A stretch of DNA of 64,000 bases, from the NCBI GenBank assembly GCA_964344485.1, contig CAYFNF010000002.1, positions 176,273-240,272 on the forward strand, read 5' to 3'. The notes below the pieces were generated by a model. The model searched no databases, was not told where the DNA came from, and was given only the letters and a program-made list of their open reading frames with translations. Shown here piece by piece: positions 21,037-31,845 of this stretch (its first letter is position 1; every line of letters begins with the position of its first letter). This DNA comes from an uncultured Gammaproteobacteria bacterium (GTDB lineage: Bacteria > Patescibacteriota > Patescibacteriia > UBA9570 > XYC2-FULL-38-9). Made by a program: the position numbers and the translations under genes.

Positions 21037-21893
21037 CCTCCATTTCTAAGATCGAGTATTTCATCTAACACCTCTAGCGAGACGACATAATCAAAATCTG
21101 ATTCATAATCGGATGGTAATCCGCGACGCGCTCGCTCTCGCGGAGTCAGACGGCTAAGATCAAGCGGATGCAATGGATAGTGCTCGCCGATTGCACGACG
21201 TAATGTTTGTGAACGAACAAAAAACTGATCATCGAACCCACAATGCCGCAACTGTGCGAGTTGCAAGAGAAATCCGTACTGTGTATTAGTAGTAAAGTGC
21301 CGGTCTTGATATTGCGAAACCACTAGTGAAGGGTGTCGGGAACGTCTATGAGGAAATGTTCTCTCCAACACAAATCGTTGTAGCATCATCGTACTCGGTT
21401 TCAACCACCCCCTCCTCGATGCATCGTGAAGGTATCTTCGATCGACCCTGTCGAGTATCTCCCAGTCATACTCGTCCCATGATTCACGGTCAGAATGATT
21501 GAATTCAACCACCATGAGGTCAGAATATCGCGCATCAGAAAATACTGGCATGACCCCTACATTTCTCGGATCATTTGCAAATTCCAATACCTCTCTTGGT
21601 ATCAGTCCCATGGCTGCTCGATGATCAATATCAATATGTGGACGTCCAACGTGACGATCGATATAGCGATCCAGCTCTCGACGATGCACATCTTGCAGAG
21701 ATTCTATCAAACGACGGCGCTGCTCCTCCAGTTCATCGCGATTATCCTGTTCATCAGAATCCGGAGTAGCATCACGCTCTTTTCTTTTTTTTGCTACCAT
21801 AAAAGCTCGCCGTCTCTGAGCTTCAACACGTTGTGCTCGTTGAGGATCCCCGTGAACAACTAATGACTGCTTTGCTCTTCGGCCTAGTGCCAT
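21033..21893 (-). CDS. Hypothetical protein (R/D-rich). The likely start is the Met at 21893, which avoids overlap with pyrF.
   Basis: Long minus-strand ORF convergent with the MiaB-like gene. Composition is moderately GC-elevated. No recognisable family. Confidence 0.4.
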   Translation of the reverse strand: MALGRRAKQSLVVHGDPQRAQRVEAQRRRAFMVAKKRKERDATPDSDEQDNRDELEEQRRRLIESLQDVHRRELDRYIDRHVGRPHIDIDHRAAMGLIPREVLEFANDPRNVGVMPVFSDARYSDLMVVEFNHSDRESWDEYDWEILDRVDRRYLHDASRRGWLKPSTMMLQRFVLERTFPHRRSRHPSLVVSQYQDRHFTTNTQYGFLLQLAQLRHCGFDDQFFVRSQTLRRAIGEHYPLHPLDLSRLTPRERARRGLPSDYESDFDYVVSLEVLDEILDLRNGG

Positions 21894-21895
21894 GT

Positions 21896-22654
21896 TTATC
21901 GGGTATTGGTATACGCCTCCCACGCAGCAGCTCTATACTCTTGTGCTGCTGCTTTTTGATCATCAGCGCCGTAAATGCCTCGGCCTACGATAATAATGTC
22001 TGAACCACCTGAAATGGCCTTCTCCGGCGTATTATACTGCTGTTTCAGTGCATCTCCTCCACCACCGATCTTTACGCCAGGAGTCATAGTAATAAATTTT
22101 GGATCATCTACTAGCTTCTTCATTCCGATAAATCCAATTACGAACTCATCGTACTCTTGCGCCCACTTCACAGCAGTTGCAGTGTAATCATCTGTAGCAA
22201 GATTTCCCTCAGAACTCATCTCCGCTAATAACAACAACCCGCGACCCTTCTCTAGCCCTACTTCTTGCAATCCTTCAATAATTCCAGGACCTGGAACTAC
22301 GTGCGCATTTGTGATGTCTGCCCAATCCGCAATATGATAGACCCCTGCGCTGTACTGCATCTTTACAGTATTGCCGATATCAGCGAATTTTCTATCCTCA
22401 AAGATAAGAAAATTATGCTTTTCTTTCAACTCCAGTAATGATTCTACTAACTCTTGTGAGTAATCCTCCACCACATCAATATGCGTTTTTAATACGCATA
22501 TTTCATCACCAACTGCTTGAACTAACGATAGTAGCTCATCAGCTGTCATAACGTCCGCTGCTACTGCTAGATTCGTTTGCTTCTCATCCATTAATTGAAA
22601 CAGCTCTTTTGCAGCTGGATTTGTTGTGGTCTCTGCTCGTTCACTATACTTCAT
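21896..22654 (-). CDS. pyrF: Orotidine-5'-phosphate decarboxylase
   Basis: OMPdecase motifs (VLKTHIDVV, FEDRKFADIGNTV). It is the last gene of the pyr cluster. Confidence 0.85.
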   Translation of the reverse strand: MKYSERAETTTNPAAKELFQLMDEKQTNLAVAADVMTADELLSLVQAVGDEICVLKTHIDVVEDYSQELVESLLELKEKHNFLIFEDRKFADIGNTVKMQYSAGVYHIADWADITNAHVVPGPGIIEGLQEVGLEKGRGLLLLAEMSSEGNLATDDYTATAVKWAQEYDEFVIGFIGMKKLVDDPKFITMTPGVKIGGGGDALKQQYNTPEKAISGGSDIIIVGRGIYGADDQKAAAQEYRAAAWEAYTNTR

Positions 22655-22660
22655 ATGATT

Positions 22661-23302
22661 CTATTCTAAACCCATCTTCTTTCCCCATCCACTCGGATCG
22701 GTATTCCATTCCAATACCTTCTCTTTCTCTTCTTCGGTGATGTACTCTTTCTCGGATGCTACTTCCACTAACGTGGTAAAATTCGTTAGCGTATGAAGTG
22801 CGACATCGACCTCTGCAAATTTCTCTTTTGCTGCTTGCATTTCATAAGTGAAGATTGCAACGCAGTCTGTTACCTCTCCTCCTTCATTTCTCACCGCTTC
22901 GCATGCGCCAACCGAGCTCCCTCCAGTACTGATCAAGTCTTCAATCACCAGTGCTTTTACACCCTTTTCTAGCTTGCCTTCGACTTGATTCTTTTTTCCA
23001 TGCTCCTTTGCTTTACCACGAACATAGACCATCGGAATCTCCAATTTATCTGCCACCCACGCTGCATGCGGAATGCCAGCAGTTGCAGTTCCGGCTACAA
23101 TATCAAATTGCAGCTCTTTTTCTTTGATCACTGACAAAAATCCATCAATTATTACTCCTCGTTTGTCCGGATAAGACATGATCAACCGATTATCGCAGTA
23201 GATTGGGCTCAAAATGCCCGATGTATAGCGGTACGGCTCTTTTGCATTAAGAGTCACTGCTTGAATCTCTAACAGCAGCGACGCAATCTCTTTTGAATTC
23301 AT
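22661..23302 (-). CDS. pyrE: Orotate phosphoribosyltransferase
   Basis: PRTase type I PRPP-binding motif (VIEDLISTGGS). Confidence 0.85.
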   Translation of the reverse strand: MNSKEIASLLLEIQAVTLNAKEPYRYTSGILSPIYCDNRLIMSYPDKRGVIIDGFLSVIKEKELQFDIVAGTATAGIPHAAWVADKLEIPMVYVRGKAKEHGKKNQVEGKLEKGVKALVIEDLISTGGSSVGACEAVRNEGGEVTDCVAIFTYEMQAAKEKFAEVDVALHTLTNFTTLVEVASEKEYITEEEKEKVLEWNTDPSGWGKKMGLE

Positions 23303-23305
23303 ATA

Positions 23306-24121
23306 TTAAAATTCATGTTTAAGTCCTGATTTATCGCGATGGTACGCTCCGAATTCCGGCATCTTCAGTGCACGGTCTCCGAGAATAACTGGTCCGTGCT
23401 GACAAAGCGTAATTCCTTCATCGTCAATGCAGCAGTTTCCGCAGATGCCGAACCCACATTTCATGTAACGCTCGACCGAGACTTCGCTCTGCACGCCGTA
23501 CTCCTGGGCTATCTCAGCAACTTTCTTCTGCATCAATTCCGGTCCGCAGGTAAAGACCTTCACTTTCTCAAGCGTTCCTTCTTTCTTGTTCTTTTCCAGC
23601 AGCTCGACAAGTATTTCAGTGACATACCCTTTATGACCTTTTGATCCGTCATCAGTGGCTACTTGGACGTTTGCTCCTGCTTGCGTCATGCGCTCTTCAA
23701 AGAGTAGTAAATCAGCGTTACGTGCACCTACAAGAAAGTCTACGGTACAATTATCTGCTAGTGCGTTATCTGCTAAATATCCGAGCGGTGCAGCACCGTA
23801 GCCACCTGCAACTGTAATCACGTGCGATTCTTTTTTATGACGGTAGCATGAGCCATACGGTCCGGTAATGCCAATAGAATCACCTTGTTTCAGTTCAAAC
23901 AAGGCTTCAGTAGCTTTACCGACGCGACAAATTGTTAATTCGAACTCCTCTCCAGCATCTTTACCAATAGAGAACGGCTTCATATCCACTCCTGGGACCC
24001 ATAACATCACAAACTGTCCAGGCCTGGAATTGAGTTTATACTCAAATGTATACGTTCGGATACAATCCGTCTCTTCCTGAATCTTTTTAATTGGTAGCAT
24101 AGTTGGGGTGTCTTGTGGCAT
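23306..24121 (-). CDS. pyrK: Dihydroorotate dehydrogenase electron-transfer subunit (FAD/2Fe-2S)
   Basis: Ferredoxin-reductase-like fold with a C-terminal CGFGICGNCC 2Fe-2S cluster motif, adjacent to pyrD. Confidence 0.85.
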   Translation of the reverse strand: MPQDTPTMLPIKKIQEETDCIRTYTFEYKLNSRPGQFVMLWVPGVDMKPFSIGKDAGEEFELTICRVGKATEALFELKQGDSIGITGPYGSCYRHKKESHVITVAGGYGAAPLGYLADNALADNCTVDFLVGARNADLLLFEERMTQAGANVQVATDDGSKGHKGYVTEILVELLEKNKKEGTLEKVKVFTCGPELMQKKVAEIAQEYGVQSEVSVERYMKCGFGICGNCCIDDEGITLCQHGPVILGDRALKMPEFGAYHRDKSGLKHEF

Positions 24122-24125
24122 AGTA

Positions 24126-25049
24126 TTATTCGTTATGTGCTAAACCGATGATCTCCTCTATGGTTGAAAATCCTTGTTGTTCCATGATCTCCTGCATCTC
24201 TTTTACTATCAAGGATGGCGTTTTTGGCCCTCGATAGTAGAACGCAGAACCGACACCGAGCAAGCGAGCTCCGACCATGAGCATCTCAATTGCATCTTCT
24301 CCGTTGGTGATACCACCGGTACCGATAATCGGGATCTTCACTGCTTGATAGATGTCCCATACTGCTTTTAATGCCATTGGTTTAATCGCTGGCCCAGATA
24401 CCCCGCCGACTTTATTCGACAGCACTGGTCGCCTTGCTTGAATATTCACCTTCATGCCAGTGATGGTATTTACTGCAGAGATTGCATCCGCACCCGCTGC
24501 TTCTGCTGCTTTAGCGTATTCAGCTATCTGGTAGGTATTCGGTGAAAGCTTGATAGAAAACGGCACTGTAGTATGCTCTTTAACTGTCTTTGTGATTTTC
24601 TCTATAGATTCCGTATCGTGCGCAAAGGGTTTTTTATACAAATGCGATGCATGTGGACACGATACATTCACTTCTAAGAGGTCAATCGGTGCTTGGCACA
24701 ATGTCTCTGTTGCTTGTCCAAACTCCTCGATGGTGCGCCCAAAGATAGATCCAATCATCATTCCTTCCTTATTCAGCTCTTTAAACTTTTTCACTTCATC
24801 AATAGACGCGGAAGCTCCAGGCCCTGGCAACCCAACTGCATTAAGGAAATACCCTTCCTCTCCCAGCATAATTGGACTGGGATTTCCTTCTATGGGCTCA
24901 ACAGTCACTGACTTCATAATCACTCCACCTGCACCATCTCGAATGACTTTTGCCATGCAGGCACCAGTCACTCCCAAGATACCGGAAGCTAATACAATCG
25001 GATTAGTAAATGGCTTATCGAGAAATGTAACTTCAGTACTCACGCTCAT
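24126..25049 (-). CDS. pyrD: Dihydroorotate dehydrogenase catalytic subunit (class 1B)
   Basis: DHODH TIM-barrel motifs (GGVIMKSVT, IIGTGGITNGEDA). Paired with pyrK. Confidence 0.9.
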   Translation of the reverse strand: MSVSTEVTFLDKPFTNPIVLASGILGVTGACMAKVIRDGAGGVIMKSVTVEPIEGNPSPIMLGEEGYFLNAVGLPGPGASASIDEVKKFKELNKEGMMIGSIFGRTIEEFGQATETLCQAPIDLLEVNVSCPHASHLYKKPFAHDTESIEKITKTVKEHTTVPFSIKLSPNTYQIAEYAKAAEAAGADAISAVNTITGMKVNIQARRPVLSNKVGGVSGPAIKPMALKAVWDIYQAVKIPIIGTGGITNGEDAIEMLMVGARLLGVGSAFYYRGPKTPSLIVKEMQEIMEQQGFSTIEEIIGLAHNE

Positions 25050-25067
25050 ACGCCCGTTCGTTACTGA

Positions 25068-26009
25068 TTATTTTTGATTCTGCATCAACCATACCATAAG
25101 ACCGTTCTGTGCGTGCATGCGGTTTTCTGCTTGGTCAAATATCTTCGAGTTCTTATGGTGGATAGCATCTTTTGTTATCTCATACCCGACGTGACACGGC
25201 ATACAGTGCATGATTCCAGCATTTGGTGCATGTGTGTCCACAAGCTCAGCGCTGACTTGATACGGTTTAAACTTCTCATTACGAGCATCATATTGATCCT
25301 TAAACTCAGGCTTCACTTTACCGTCCTCAAAGAATTCCATGTCCATCCATGTGTCAGTGTGAATATAGTCTGCTCCTTTTAGGCCCTCAGCGATATCATC
25401 GGTTTTTGTAATTAAGCCTGTCTCTTCTGCCATGGTGTTCAACTCTTCATCTACACTTGCTGGATTGGCTTCTGGGGCGAGTAACACCAGTTCAATTCCG
25501 AGTTTTGCACATAACAGTTTTAATGTGTTAGAAACGTTATTCTCAATACCGAGCCATGCTATCTTTTTAATATTCTCTAATCCATTGGAGTGCTCAATCA
25601 TGGTCAGCATGTCGCCGATTGCCTGACATGGGTGGTATTTCTCACTGCATGCGTCAATAACTGGAATCGCGTTAAAAGATGCAGCAGTCTCTACATCGTC
25701 TGCTTTCAGAGCTCGAAACATTAACAGGTCACCGAAACGCATAATTGCTTGGATTTCGTCATCGAAATCCGTAAGTGATACCTGAGTCGTGCGTTGATCT
25801 AGAAAAATTCCATGCCCGCCTAAACGTGTCATGCCGCTTTCAAATGATAGACGTGTGCGAGTAGAAGTCTTTTGAAATAACATGATTAATGTCTTGTCTT
25901 TCAATGCTTCAGAATGCGCCGCAGGATCTTTCTTGATGGTCTGCGCAAGTTCGATAATTTCTTTCAGCTCTTCAGCTGAGTACTCTTTGAGATGAATAAA
26001 ATGCCTCAT
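25068..26009 (-). CDS. Ornithine-carbamoyltransferase-family enzyme (ArgF/ArcB-like) embedded in the pyr cluster
   Basis: Carbamoyl-P binding STRTRLSFE motif, an HTDTWMDME block (analogous to OTC YTDVWVSMG) and HCMP (OTC HCLP, not the ATCase HPLP motif). Confidence 0.65.
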   Translation of the reverse strand: MRHFIHLKEYSAEELKEIIELAQTIKKDPAAHSEALKDKTLIMLFQKTSTRTRLSFESGMTRLGGHGIFLDQRTTQVSLTDFDDEIQAIMRFGDLLMFRALKADDVETAASFNAIPVIDACSEKYHPCQAIGDMLTMIEHSNGLENIKKIAWLGIENNVSNTLKLLCAKLGIELVLLAPEANPASVDEELNTMAEETGLITKTDDIAEGLKGADYIHTDTWMDMEFFEDGKVKPEFKDQYDARNEKFKPYQVSAELVDTHAPNAGIMHCMPCHVGYEITKDAIHHKNSKIFDQAENRMHAQNGLMVWLMQNQK

Positions 26010-26018
26010 AATGTACTG

Positions 26019-27233
26019 TTAGTTATTAATAGTTATGACGTTATTATCTATAATAGTATATATCGGCCAACCTTGCAGCTCCCAATCCACATACGGACTC
26101 CATCCGCATTTTGAGTTAATGCGTTCTTGCTTCACGTTCTGCTGCTTGCTCATATCCACGACTACTCCGCACTGCTCAAGTCCATGCAAATCAAAGAGCC
26201 GGATCGGATTCGTATGCATGAGCTCGATGGTTAACTTTCCCTCGTTAATAGCGTTCAACATCAATGGAACTACAGTATCTATCTCTGGAATTCCAGACGG
26301 AGCTTCATCATACTCTAGCTCTTTTTCTTCAGATGTGTGCGGCGCATGATCAGTACCAATATAGTCAACTACTCCGTCAGTGATTGCTTGCCACAACGCA
26401 CGATTATCTTCTTCTGTACGTAGCGGTGGATTAACGCGCACGTAGTTTTCCCACTGTTCATAGTCACTGTCATTTAAGAACAAGTGATGTGGGGTTACTT
26501 CAATATGCACTGGCAGTCCTTCTTGCTTTGCGTTGCTTAATAGTTCAATCTCTTCTTTCGTAGAAACATGAGCAAAGATCGTTGGTTTTTTATGTTTGCG
26601 CACAATTTCAATGAGTTCTTTAGTTGCTTGCACCGCTGCTTCTCTGCTTCGTATTTTTGAATGTACACTCGGATTTGAACGATCTGTGTACTGTTCTAGA
26701 TTCTTCTGAATTACTTCCTCGGATTCAGCGTGTATAGTGATAATACGCGGCCATGAGGTATACAACTGCTCGAGGGTATTTTGAGTATTCGTCAACAAAT
26801 TTCCTGTAGAAGATCCGTAATAAACCTTTACACCAACAGCAAATTCAGCGCATGACGGATCTGGCGCTGCATCACTCTGGCACGCAACATAAAAGTACGA
26901 TCGAAGGCCGTGCTTTTTCTGTCCTTCAACGATCTGGATTTTCTCTTCTAATTCTTTCTTAGTAAAGGTCGGTGGGGAGGTATTCGGCATATCAACCACA
27001 CCGCAGAGCCCTCCTTGCACTGCAGCTTCTGAACCTGTTTCCCAATCTTCTTTATGTTCTGCTCCTGGAACACGGAAATGCACATGCGCATCTACGAGCG
27101 CTGGCAATAATAACAACCCTCGTTCTTGTACACGTGTTTCGACTTCCTCCCATTTCAGTGTCTGTAACCACTCAGTCAACTGCTGAGCTGATAACTTACT
27201 CATGAATCTCCTCAGGATTAAATAGCTTTTCAC
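26019..27233 (-). CDS. pyrC: Dihydroorotase
   Basis: Metal-binding motifs LVDAHVHFR and …HAES…, amidohydrolase fold. Confidence 0.85.
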   Translation of the reverse strand: MKSYLILRRFMSKLSAQQLTEWLQTLKWEEVETRVQERGLLLLPALVDAHVHFRVPGAEHKEDWETGSEAAVQGGLCGVVDMPNTSPPTFTKKELEEKIQIVEGQKKHGLRSYFYVACQSDAAPDPSCAEFAVGVKVYYGSSTGNLLTNTQNTLEQLYTSWPRIITIHAESEEVIQKNLEQYTDRSNPSVHSKIRSREAAVQATKELIEIVRKHKKPTIFAHVSTKEEIELLSNAKQEGLPVHIEVTPHHLFLNDSDYEQWENYVRVNPPLRTEEDNRALWQAITDGVVDYIGTDHAPHTSEEKELEYDEAPSGIPEIDTVVPLMLNAINEGKLTIELMHTNPIRLFDLHGLEQCGVVVDMSKQQNVKQERINSKCGWSPYVDWELQGWPIYTIIDNNVITINN

Positions 27234-27648
27234 AGTAGTGACACTTGACCTTCATCTCCTTGTTCTCGAAAAACGGATAGAATTTTGCACCGTGCGGTTG
27301 ATCATTAGTGATACACTTCGGATTAGGGCACGAACCGATGTTTTCAAAAATTTCTGGAAGCTCTACCGTGAATTTCTTAGCAATTTTATAGTCCCGAATA
27401 ATGTTGATCGTTGCCTGTGGGGCAATAAGTGCTACTTGATTTACCTCCTCGGGTGTTAACTCCTTTTTTTCAATCTTGATCAGGTCTTTGCCTTTAGAAT
27501 TCTTTTTGGACTTGAAATTCGCACCCATAGTGACAATGTTCCCGTTCTGAATGAGCTTCAACAACTGAATAAGTCGAATTGCCTGTCCGCCTGGAATATG
27601 GTCAATGACCGTACCGTCTTGAATTGCAAATACTTTAAATGCTCTCAT
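27196..27648 (-). CDS. pyrI: Aspartate carbamoyltransferase regulatory subunit
   Basis: C-terminal zinc domain CPNPKC…CHYC. Located directly downstream of pyrB. Confidence 0.85.
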   Translation of the reverse strand: MRAFKVFAIQDGTVIDHIPGGQAIRLIQLLKLIQNGNIVTMGANFKSKKNSKGKDLIKIEKKELTPEEVNQVALIAPQATINIIRDYKIAKKFTVELPEIFENIGSCPNPKCITNDQPHGAKFYPFFENKEMKVKCHYCEKLFNPEEIHE

Positions 27649-27652
27649 ATAA

Positions 27653-28573
27653 TTATGATTTAATTTTACCTAAGACTAATCCGAGTAGTGCCTGTCGGAC
27701 AAATAGTCCATTCTCCGCTTGGTTGAAGTAGTATGCGTGCGGACTCGCATCAATGCGATAGTCAATCTCATTCACGCGTGGCAGTGGATGCAGCACTCTC
27801 ATATTTTTCTTTACACCGGTCAACATGTCTTCAGTTAATATATACACACTCTTTACTCGTTCATACTCTAAAGGATCTGGAAAACGTTCTTTCTGAATAC
27901 GCGTCATATAGAGAACATCCACTTTCTTGATGACGTTCTCAATCTTTTCGTGTACTGAGTACTTAATCTTGTGCTCTTTCAGATACTTCAATACATATGG
28001 TGGCATCTGTAGGACGTCTGGAGCAATGAAGTATAGTCGTGGGTTATAGTGCACGAGCGCTTGAGCTAGAGAGTGAACAGTTCTTCCGTACTTTAAGTCC
28101 CCCACCATAGCAATTGAAAGACTAGACAACTTCTTTTGCGATTCCTTAATCGAAAACAGATCTAGCAATGTCTGTGTTGGGTGTTGATTTGCTCCATCTC
28201 CACCATTTAACACTGGTTTATCAGTTGATTCTGATGCAAGTCGGGCCGCACCTTCTAACGGATGCCGCATAGCGATCACGTCCACGTATAAACCGATATT
28301 CTTTGCAGTATCGTGCAAGGTCTCCCCTTTTGCGCCTGAAGTAATACCTGCTTCTGCAAAACCGATTACACGCATGCCAATGCGTTGCGCAGCGGTTTCA
28401 AATGATAGCCGAGTTCTAGTAGACGGTTCAAAGAACAAACTCCCCATTACTTTGTCTTTGAGCAACGTCGGATTCGGCTTTTTCTTTAACTTCGCAGCTT
28501 CAGCTAGCACCAAATTGATCTCCTGCTTAGTTAAGTCTGTGATAGAGATAATATCTCTTCCTTTAAAGCTCAT
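27653..28573 (-). CDS. pyrB: Aspartate carbamoyltransferase catalytic subunit
   Basis: STRTRLSFE and HPLPR motifs, followed by pyrI. Confidence 0.9.
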   Translation of the reverse strand: MSFKGRDIISITDLTKQEINLVLAEAAKLKKKPNPTLLKDKVMGSLFFEPSTRTRLSFETAAQRIGMRVIGFAEAGITSGAKGETLHDTAKNIGLYVDVIAMRHPLEGAARLASESTDKPVLNGGDGANQHPTQTLLDLFSIKESQKKLSSLSIAMVGDLKYGRTVHSLAQALVHYNPRLYFIAPDVLQMPPYVLKYLKEHKIKYSVHEKIENVIKKVDVLYMTRIQKERFPDPLEYERVKSVYILTEDMLTGVKKNMRVLHPLPRVNEIDYRIDASPHAYYFNQAENGLFVRQALLGLVLGKIKS

Positions 28574-28638
28574 ATTGTGCTCTTACTTATTAATTATTTC
28601 GTAATTATTATACCAGATTTAATCAGTTCTTCGTAGCG

Positions 28639-31600
28639 CTACTTCTCATATTCATCCCATGCTTTAATCTGCAAACCCATATTTCGCTCATTGTAGTCAT
28701 ACAACGCCATGATAATAGTCTTTGCAAGCTGTGTATTTGCAACTAACGCTACATTATGATCAATAGCAGTTCGTCGTATTCTAAACCCATCGCTAACGGT
28801 CTTGCGATTATATTGACGTGGAATGTTAATAATGAAATCAATTTTCCCCTGCTCTAGATACTCCAGAACGTTCGGGGATTTCTTCTCAGAGACCTTATGC
28901 AGTCTCTTGGCCGGAATCTTAAGCTTCTCCTTTAAGAACTCACCCGTGTGTTCTGTAGCGTAGATCGTATACCCCATGGTATGCAATTGCCGAATATATT
29001 TACCCAAGCGTGCTTTATCTTCATCACGACCAATGGACACTAATACATTCTTCTTTGGTAGCTGTAACTCAGCAGACAACAGCGCTTTGAGAACTGCCTC
29101 ATGATACGAGTCTCCAAAACTCGCTACCTCTCCAGTTGACCCCATCTCTACATACAGTACTGGGTCTGCCCCCTTAATACGTGAATATGAGAACTGCGGA
29201 GCTTTGACTACTACGTAATCAAGATCAATCGTATTATAATCTCCGCGTATATCATTTCCGAGCATGGCTTTGGTCGCAAACTCGATAAAATTGTATTTAC
29301 TCGCCTTAGAAACAAACGGAAAACTCCGCGATGCGCGCAAATTCAGCTCAATTACTTTTAATCTATTACCTTTTGCAAGGAATTGAATGTTGAACGGCCC
29401 GGTGATCTCTAACTCTTTCACGATCGCCCTGGTACGCATTTTTAAGCGGCGAATTGTCTCTAAATATGACTTCTGCGGTGGCATAACCACGGTGGCGTCT
29501 CCGGAGTGTACACCGGCATTTTCAATATGCTCAGTGATGGCGTATAGCACCATCTCGCCTTTTTGTGCCACACCGTCAATTTCGATCTCCTTTGCTCCTT
29601 CTATAAATTTTGATATCACTACAGGGTGCTCTTTTGAGACATGTGATGCTGATTCTAAATACTCGTCCAACCCCTCTTCATTGTACGCAATATTCATTGC
29701 CGCGCCTGACAGTACGTATGATGGTCTGATCAACACTGGGTATCCCACACGTTTGGCGAATGACTTCGCTTGATCAATGGTAGTTAACTCTTTCCATTGT
29801 GGTTGCTCAACTCCCAGCCGGTCTAGCAACGTTGAGAATTTATGTCGATCTTCAGCTCGATCAATATTCACAGGTGACGTTCCAAGAATCTTCACTTTTT
29901 CTTTGTGCAATGGAAGAGCTAGAGTGTTCGGTATCTGTCCGCCCATGGACACTACTGTCCCTGTTGCCTTCTCATAATCAATAATATCCATCACTCGCTC
30001 AAACGTCAGTTCTTCAAAGTACAACCGATCACAAATATCGAAGTCTGTTGAGACTGTCTCTGGATTGCAGTTAATCATAATCGTCTTCTTGCCGAGTTGC
30101 GCTGCGGTTTTTACTGTTTGCACACAACACCAATCGAATTCTACTGATGAGCCGATCCGATACGGCCCTCCACCAATCACTGCTAGAGAATTCTTATCCG
30201 GCTTTACATCATTCTCTTCGCCGTTATAGGTCATGTATAAATAATTTGTTCTTGCTGGAAACTCTCCGGCAAGAGTATCAATCTGCTTCACTACTGGTAG
30301 AATTTGGTTCTTTTTCCTCTGCTGTCGAATAGCTGCTTCTGAGGTATTGCGGATATCTGCAATTTGTTTGTCCGAAAAACCGCACTGTTTAGCTCGACGT
30401 AGAAGTTCAGATGACAACATCGTTTCCTTCTTCAGCTGCTGCTCCTGCGCTACAATGTTTCTAATCTTATATAGAAACCACCTATCAATTTTTGTTTTCT
30501 TATACAGCTCTTCAACTGAAGACCCTCGCATCATGGCCCGTGCTAATGCATAGAGTCGCTTATCAGTGGGATGGGTGATGTCTTGATTAGTGCCTTGAAA
30601 TTCTTTTACGTTACCAACTACCCCTTCAGCCCCGATATTTAGCATGCGCACTGCTTTCTGGATCGCCTCCTCAAATGTTCTACCTAGAGCCATGATCTCG
30701 CCTACACTCTTCATCTCTGTGCCAATTCGTCTGTTCGCTGCTTTAAACTTCTGTAAATCCCATCTCGGCATTTTGATAGCCACATAATCCAACGCGGGCT
30801 CAAAACATGCTTGTGTTTTCTTCGTGACCATATTCTGAATCTCGACAAGGCTGTATCCTAAGGCTAGTTTCGCAGCTACCCATGCTAGTGGATATCCTGT
30901 TGCTTTTGATGCTAGTGCAGAGGATCGAGAAAGTCGTGCATTGATTTCAATGACACGGTAATCCCCATTTTTCGGATTTAATGCATATTGAATATTGCAC
31001 TCTCCAATAATTCCAAGATGACGAACTGTATTCATTGCGATGGTTCGCAACGAGTGATACTCATCATTATTCAAAGTCTGCGACGGCGCAATAACGATGC
31101 TCTCTCCAGTATGTATACCCATAGGGTCAAAATTCTCCATATTACACACCGTCACACAGTTGTCATACGCGTCTCGTACTACCTCGTATTCGACTTCTTT
31201 CCAGCCTTCCAAGTACTCTTCAAGCAAAACCTGAGGGACTGATGCAAACGCTTCTTGCAACTTCTGAGTTAGTTCTTTCATTGACCCAATGCGTCCTGAT
31301 CCTTTACCTCCCAGCGAATACGCTGAGCGAACCATGAGTGGGAAACCGAGCTTCTTTGCTGCTTGCTTTGCTTGAGCAATAGTCGTGACCGCAAAACTTC
31401 GAGCGGTTTTGACTTGAATCTGTTTTAAATTCTTTGTGAACAGATCACGATCTTCTGTTTGCTCAATGGATCGTACTGGCGTACCCAACACAGCAACCTG
31501 ATGCTTCTTCAGCACTCCAGCGGTATCCAATTCTACCCCAACATTTAAAGCAGTCTGTCCGCCGAAGCTCAGGAGTATACCGTCAGGCTTCTCTTTTTCG

Positions 31601-31845
31601 ATTATTTGTTCAACGAATGTTTTTGTGAGCGGCAGGAAATAGACCCGATCTGCCATATCTGAATTCGTTTGTACTGTCGCAATATTAGGATTCACCAACA
31701 CAGTCTGAATTCCCTCTTCTTGCATGGCTTTTATAGCTTGAGAGCCCGAGTAGTCAAACTCACCTGCCTGGCCAATACGCAACCCTCCTGACCCGAGTAT
31801 CAGTACTTTCTTTGGTTTTCTAATTCTTTTTGACGCGCTACTCAT
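28639..31845 (-). CDS. carB: Carbamoyl-phosphate synthase large subunit
   Basis: Duplicated ATP-grasp halves and an MGS-like C-terminal domain. Length is 1068 aa. Confidence 0.95.
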   Translation of the reverse strand: MSSASKRIRKPKKVLILGSGGLRIGQAGEFDYSGSQAIKAMQEEGIQTVLVNPNIATVQTNSDMADRVYFLPLTKTFVEQIIEKEKPDGILLSFGGQTALNVGVELDTAGVLKKHQVAVLGTPVRSIEQTEDRDLFTKNLKQIQVKTARSFAVTTIAQAKQAAKKLGFPLMVRSAYSLGGKGSGRIGSMKELTQKLQEAFASVPQVLLEEYLEGWKEVEYEVVRDAYDNCVTVCNMENFDPMGIHTGESIVIAPSQTLNNDEYHSLRTIAMNTVRHLGIIGECNIQYALNPKNGDYRVIEINARLSRSSALASKATGYPLAWVAAKLALGYSLVEIQNMVTKKTQACFEPALDYVAIKMPRWDLQKFKAANRRIGTEMKSVGEIMALGRTFEEAIQKAVRMLNIGAEGVVGNVKEFQGTNQDITHPTDKRLYALARAMMRGSSVEELYKKTKIDRWFLYKIRNIVAQEQQLKKETMLSSELLRRAKQCGFSDKQIADIRNTSEAAIRQQRKKNQILPVVKQIDTLAGEFPARTNYLYMTYNGEENDVKPDKNSLAVIGGGPYRIGSSVEFDWCCVQTVKTAAQLGKKTIMINCNPETVSTDFDICDRLYFEELTFERVMDIIDYEKATGTVVSMGGQIPNTLALPLHKEKVKILGTSPVNIDRAEDRHKFSTLLDRLGVEQPQWKELTTIDQAKSFAKRVGYPVLIRPSYVLSGAAMNIAYNEEGLDEYLESASHVSKEHPVVISKFIEGAKEIEIDGVAQKGEMVLYAITEHIENAGVHSGDATVVMPPQKSYLETIRRLKMRTRAIVKELEITGPFNIQFLAKGNRLKVIELNLRASRSFPFVSKASKYNFIEFATKAMLGNDIRGDYNTIDLDYVVVKAPQFSYSRIKGADPVLYVEMGSTGEVASFGDSYHEAVLKALLSAELQLPKKNVLVSIGRDEDKARLGKYIRQLHTMGYTIYATEHTGEFLKEKLKIPAKRLHKVSEKKSPNVLEYLEQGKIDFIINIPRQYNRKTVSDGFRIRRTAIDHNVALVANTQLAKTIIMALYDYNERNMGLQIKAWDEYEK